Shown here in pieces: positions 25,824 to 27,888 of a stretch of 27,888 nt of DNA. Below the pieces are notes generated by a model, which saw only the letters and a program-made list of their open reading frames with translations, searched no databases and was not told the DNA's origin. Location: positions 1 to 27,888 of the IMG/VR virus record IMGVR_UViG_3300020043_003115; one strand, given 5' to 3'. How positions within the stretch are numbered: the first letter of the stretch is position 1; each line of letters opens with the position of its first letter. The position numbers and the translations under genes were made by a program. Origin of the DNA: a virus (taxonomy: Duplodnaviria; Caudoviricetes).

Positions 25824-26378
25824 GTGAATGAATGTCTTGAAATCGCGGTCAAAGAAGGACTTCCGATGTGGACGAAATTCGCTTTTACCCTCACAAGAAA
25901 CCAAACGAACGCGAAAGACCTGGTCAGCGAAGCACTGGTTAAGATACTTGAGAACCAAAGGGATAAAGCCGAAGAACTCGCTTGCGAAAATAGGTTGCTT
26001 TCATACGTACACCGGGCGATTTATCTCATGGCAATCGATGACTCGTCAAGATATGGAATGAAGTACATGCAGTTCGCTCAAAGGTGGAATGAGAATGACG
26101 ATGCTTTTGAATACGAACCTGAAAAACCTTGGCTGGGTTCTCGACTTGACAATGAACTGCTCGACACATACATTCAAATCATGCCTGAACGCGATGCAAT
26201 ACTTTTGCGTTTATACATGCTGGATGGCTTCGATTACAAGGACTTGAGCGACAAGACTCACATACCAATAAAAAGACTCTACAAATACATAAGCAACGCA
26301 CTAAAAAAAATCAGAAACGATGTTCACCGTACCACCAGCCATCCGAGACAGTCGAATGAAGACTTGTCAGGAATGTAA
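25824..26378 (+). CDS. ECF-like sigma70 factor
   Basis: Region 2 AFTLTRNQTNAKDLVSEALVKIL and region 4 MPERDAILLRLY...YKDLSDKTHIPIKRLYKYISNALKKIR. Confidence 0.8.
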   Translation: MNECLEIAVKEGLPMWTKFAFTLTRNQTNAKDLVSEALVKILENQRDKAEELACENRLLSYVHRAIYLMAIDDSSRYGMKYMQFAQRWNENDDAFEYEPEKPWLGSRLDNELLDTYIQIMPERDAILLRLYMLDGFDYKDLSDKTHIPIKRLYKYISNALKKIRNDVHRTTSHPRQSNEDLSGM

Positions 26379-26751
26379 GCACTACCGGAAAACCACAATG
26401 AGTTGTGGAACTTTGATTGTAGGCGAAAATGTACCTGAAGAAAACGAGTTCAGCTACCGAAAAAAGAAAGTAAGGTTGTGCGGATGCGTGATGCCAGTTA
26501 AAACAAAGCTGATGTTCGCCAAGTGTCCGTTGAATAAATGGGATAGCTTCCGACTTTCAAAGGAAGAAATAGCAGAACTTCGGGAATTTGTGGGCGGTTT
26601 GCCGTTATCATCATTGAGCAGGGAACAAGTGAAAAGATTATACGAGATGAAAAGCAAGTTGACCGGACGGCGCGAGCAACCATCCACATGCGGTTCGTGT
26701 GTTGCTTCACTCATAAAAGAATTCAAAAAACAATTAGAACTACTTGACTGA
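26320..26751 (+). CDS. Cys-rich zinc-binding protein, 143 aa
   Basis: R..TCQECKHY...LCGCVM..KTK...KCPLNKW and C-terminal TCGSC. Confidence 0.7.
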   Translation: MFTVPPAIRDSRMKTCQECKHYRKTTMSCGTLIVGENVPEENEFSYRKKKVRLCGCVMPVKTKLMFAKCPLNKWDSFRLSKEEIAELREFVGGLPLSSLSREQVKRLYEMKSKLTGRREQPSTCGSCVASLIKEFKKQLELLD

Positions 26752-26912
26752 TGCCAATACCTACACCAACCAAAGACGAAAAGAAAGATGTGTTCATAGG
26801 TCGCTGCATGGCAGATGACAAGATGTTAAGTGAGTATCCTGATGCTGCCCAACGCTATGCGGTATGTCAGGCGCAACTTCGCGGAGTGAATACGTCTGAA
26901 GGAGAAGAATAA
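26751..26912 (+). CDS. Small protein of the MPIPxP...FIxRCM...QRxAVC type, 53 aa (not in ORF track)
   Basis: MPIPTPTKDEKKDVFIGRCMADDKMLSEYPDAAQRYAVCQAQLRGVNTSEGEE. TGATG coupling to the upstream gene. Confidence 0.7.
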   Translation: MPIPTPTKDEKKDVFIGRCMADDKMLSEYPDAAQRYAVCQAQLRGVNTSEGEE

Positions 26913-26932
26913 CCAATATAATATTGACTGAT

Positions 26933-27211
26933 ATGGAACGTGACGCGAAAGGCAGACTACAAAAAGGGCATGGTGGATTGAAGCCAAAGGGCGCAGTGAG
27001 TGAGCGTACTGAAATGTGGAACAAGCTGGGTGAATATGTAGTAACTCAAGGTGCAGAACGTGCAATGCAAGTGCTTGCGCAAATGGAAGATGAGGAGTTC
27101 TTAAAGAATTACATGACAATGCTTGAATACTTCAAACCAAAGCAGGCGCGAAACGTACACGCAAGCGATAGCAATAGTCCGGTGATTGTACAAATCCACG
27201 GAAACATATGA
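26933..27211 (+). CDS. Terminase small subunit candidate (~92 aa)
   Basis: MERDAKGRLQKGHGG.KPKG N-terminus, LEYFKPK motif and beta-strand tail PVIVQI, all typical of TerS-like proteins. Confidence 0.6.
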   Translation: MERDAKGRLQKGHGGLKPKGAVSERTEMWNKLGEYVVTQGAERAMQVLAQMEDEEFLKNYMTMLEYFKPKQARNVHASDSNSPVIVQIHGNI

Positions 27212-27795
27212 AGACCTACACCGTCCCTACTTCAGTTGAGGGTATTACCCTGAAGCAATACGTTCAGTTCTATACTGCGAAGACCGACATTGAAAAGGTA
27301 GCAGCAGCAATCGGCAAGCCAGTCAGCGAAGCGGAGAAACTACAAGTGAGTGCGATTCAGACGATACTTGAACTATTCACCGAAGCGTGTCAGACCGGGA
27401 GCAGCAGGCATGAACAAACTTTTTTTGATGGGGCGATTCGGCTTGGTTTCATTCCTGACTTGAACATGCTTTCGTTCAAAGAGTATGTCGACATTGACTC
27501 CTTCACTACCCTGATCTACAAGCAGCCAGTCGAAGTTGAGAACTACAAATACTTCATTGACTTATTCGCGGTTCTATTCCGCCCGGTGAAAGAAGTCTGG
27601 GGCAAGCACTACGAACTTGAGCCATACGATAGTGGCAAGGTTGCGCACTACCGAGATTGCATTGAGCGAATCACGATGGACCGGGTAAACGGTGCTTTGG
27701 TTTTTTTTTCGACTATCGCAAACGAACTCATGCAAGATTCGTTGACTTATTTGGAGAATCAAATGAGGACAGCGATGGAGGAAATTGGGGGTTAA
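27208..27795 (+). CDS. Tail assembly chaperone (gpG-like), 195 aa
   Basis: VPTS..GITLKQY, GFIPDL..LSFKEYVDID, AVLFRP, YELEPY, GALVFF motifs, with a T9 slippery run. Confidence 0.75.
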   Translation: MKTYTVPTSVEGITLKQYVQFYTAKTDIEKVAAAIGKPVSEAEKLQVSAIQTILELFTEACQTGSSRHEQTFFDGAIRLGFIPDLNMLSFKEYVDIDSFTTLIYKQPVEVENYKYFIDLFAVLFRPVKEVWGKHYELEPYDSGKVAHYRDCIERITMDRVNGALVFFSTIANELMQDSLTYLENQMRTAMEEIGG

Positions 27796-27888
27796 ATCCG
27801 TTATCTAATTACGGGTGGCTTCATGTGCTTGAGAGTATTACTGAGCGCGACTTAACGAAGTGGGACATGATACTTGCAAAACCTGCGT
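27700..27888 (+). other. Programmed -1 frameshift site and gpGT-like extension (runs off the window)
   Basis: GTT TTT TTT TCG (T9 at 27701-27709). The -1 frame is open for 60 codons to the window end: FDYRKRTHARFVDLFGE...NYGWLHVLESITERDLTKWDMILAKPA. Confidence 0.8.

Noticed and set aside
15578-25958. Plus-strand and alternate-frame ORFs over the leftward operon (e.g. 22250..22702, 21568..21867, 25758..25958)
   Set aside because: They are antisense or off-frame to motif-supported genes and have implausible composition.

Overview
The whole window is tailed-phage (siphovirus-like, Caudoviricetes) DNA. The host is most likely Bacteroidota, judged from TTTG-N19-TAnnTTTG promoters and A-rich start regions that mostly lack a Shine-Dalgarno. 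The + strand (1-15178) carries a neck protein, two tail proteins, tape measure, XkdF-like prohead protease, scaffold, major capsid, major tail, an unusually long portal fusion, an adaptor, small membrane proteins with an M15 endolysin, and a metallophosphoesterase. The - strand (15175-25755) carries NinG, SSB, many small accessory genes, a replication initiator, a DUF4326 two-gene module, a YqaJ exonuclease with a Rad52-like annealase, the large terminase and a DnaA-C-domain protein. The + strand (25824-end) carries an ECF-like sigma factor, a Zn-finger protein, the small terminase and a tail assembly chaperone with a -1 slippery site. The two ends look as if they nearly join, so this may be an almost complete genome. 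The most interesting signals are: (1) an A10 tract at the portal/extension boundary with immediate stops in both shifted frames; (2) a promoter-proximal pseudoknot/attenuator leader in front of a DUF4326 + OB-like module and the replication genes; (3) small genes joined by repeated SD-containing junctions that end in a cluster of repeated palindromes. I saw no integrase, tRNA or CRISPR. All family assignments come from motif recognition by eye, not from database searches.
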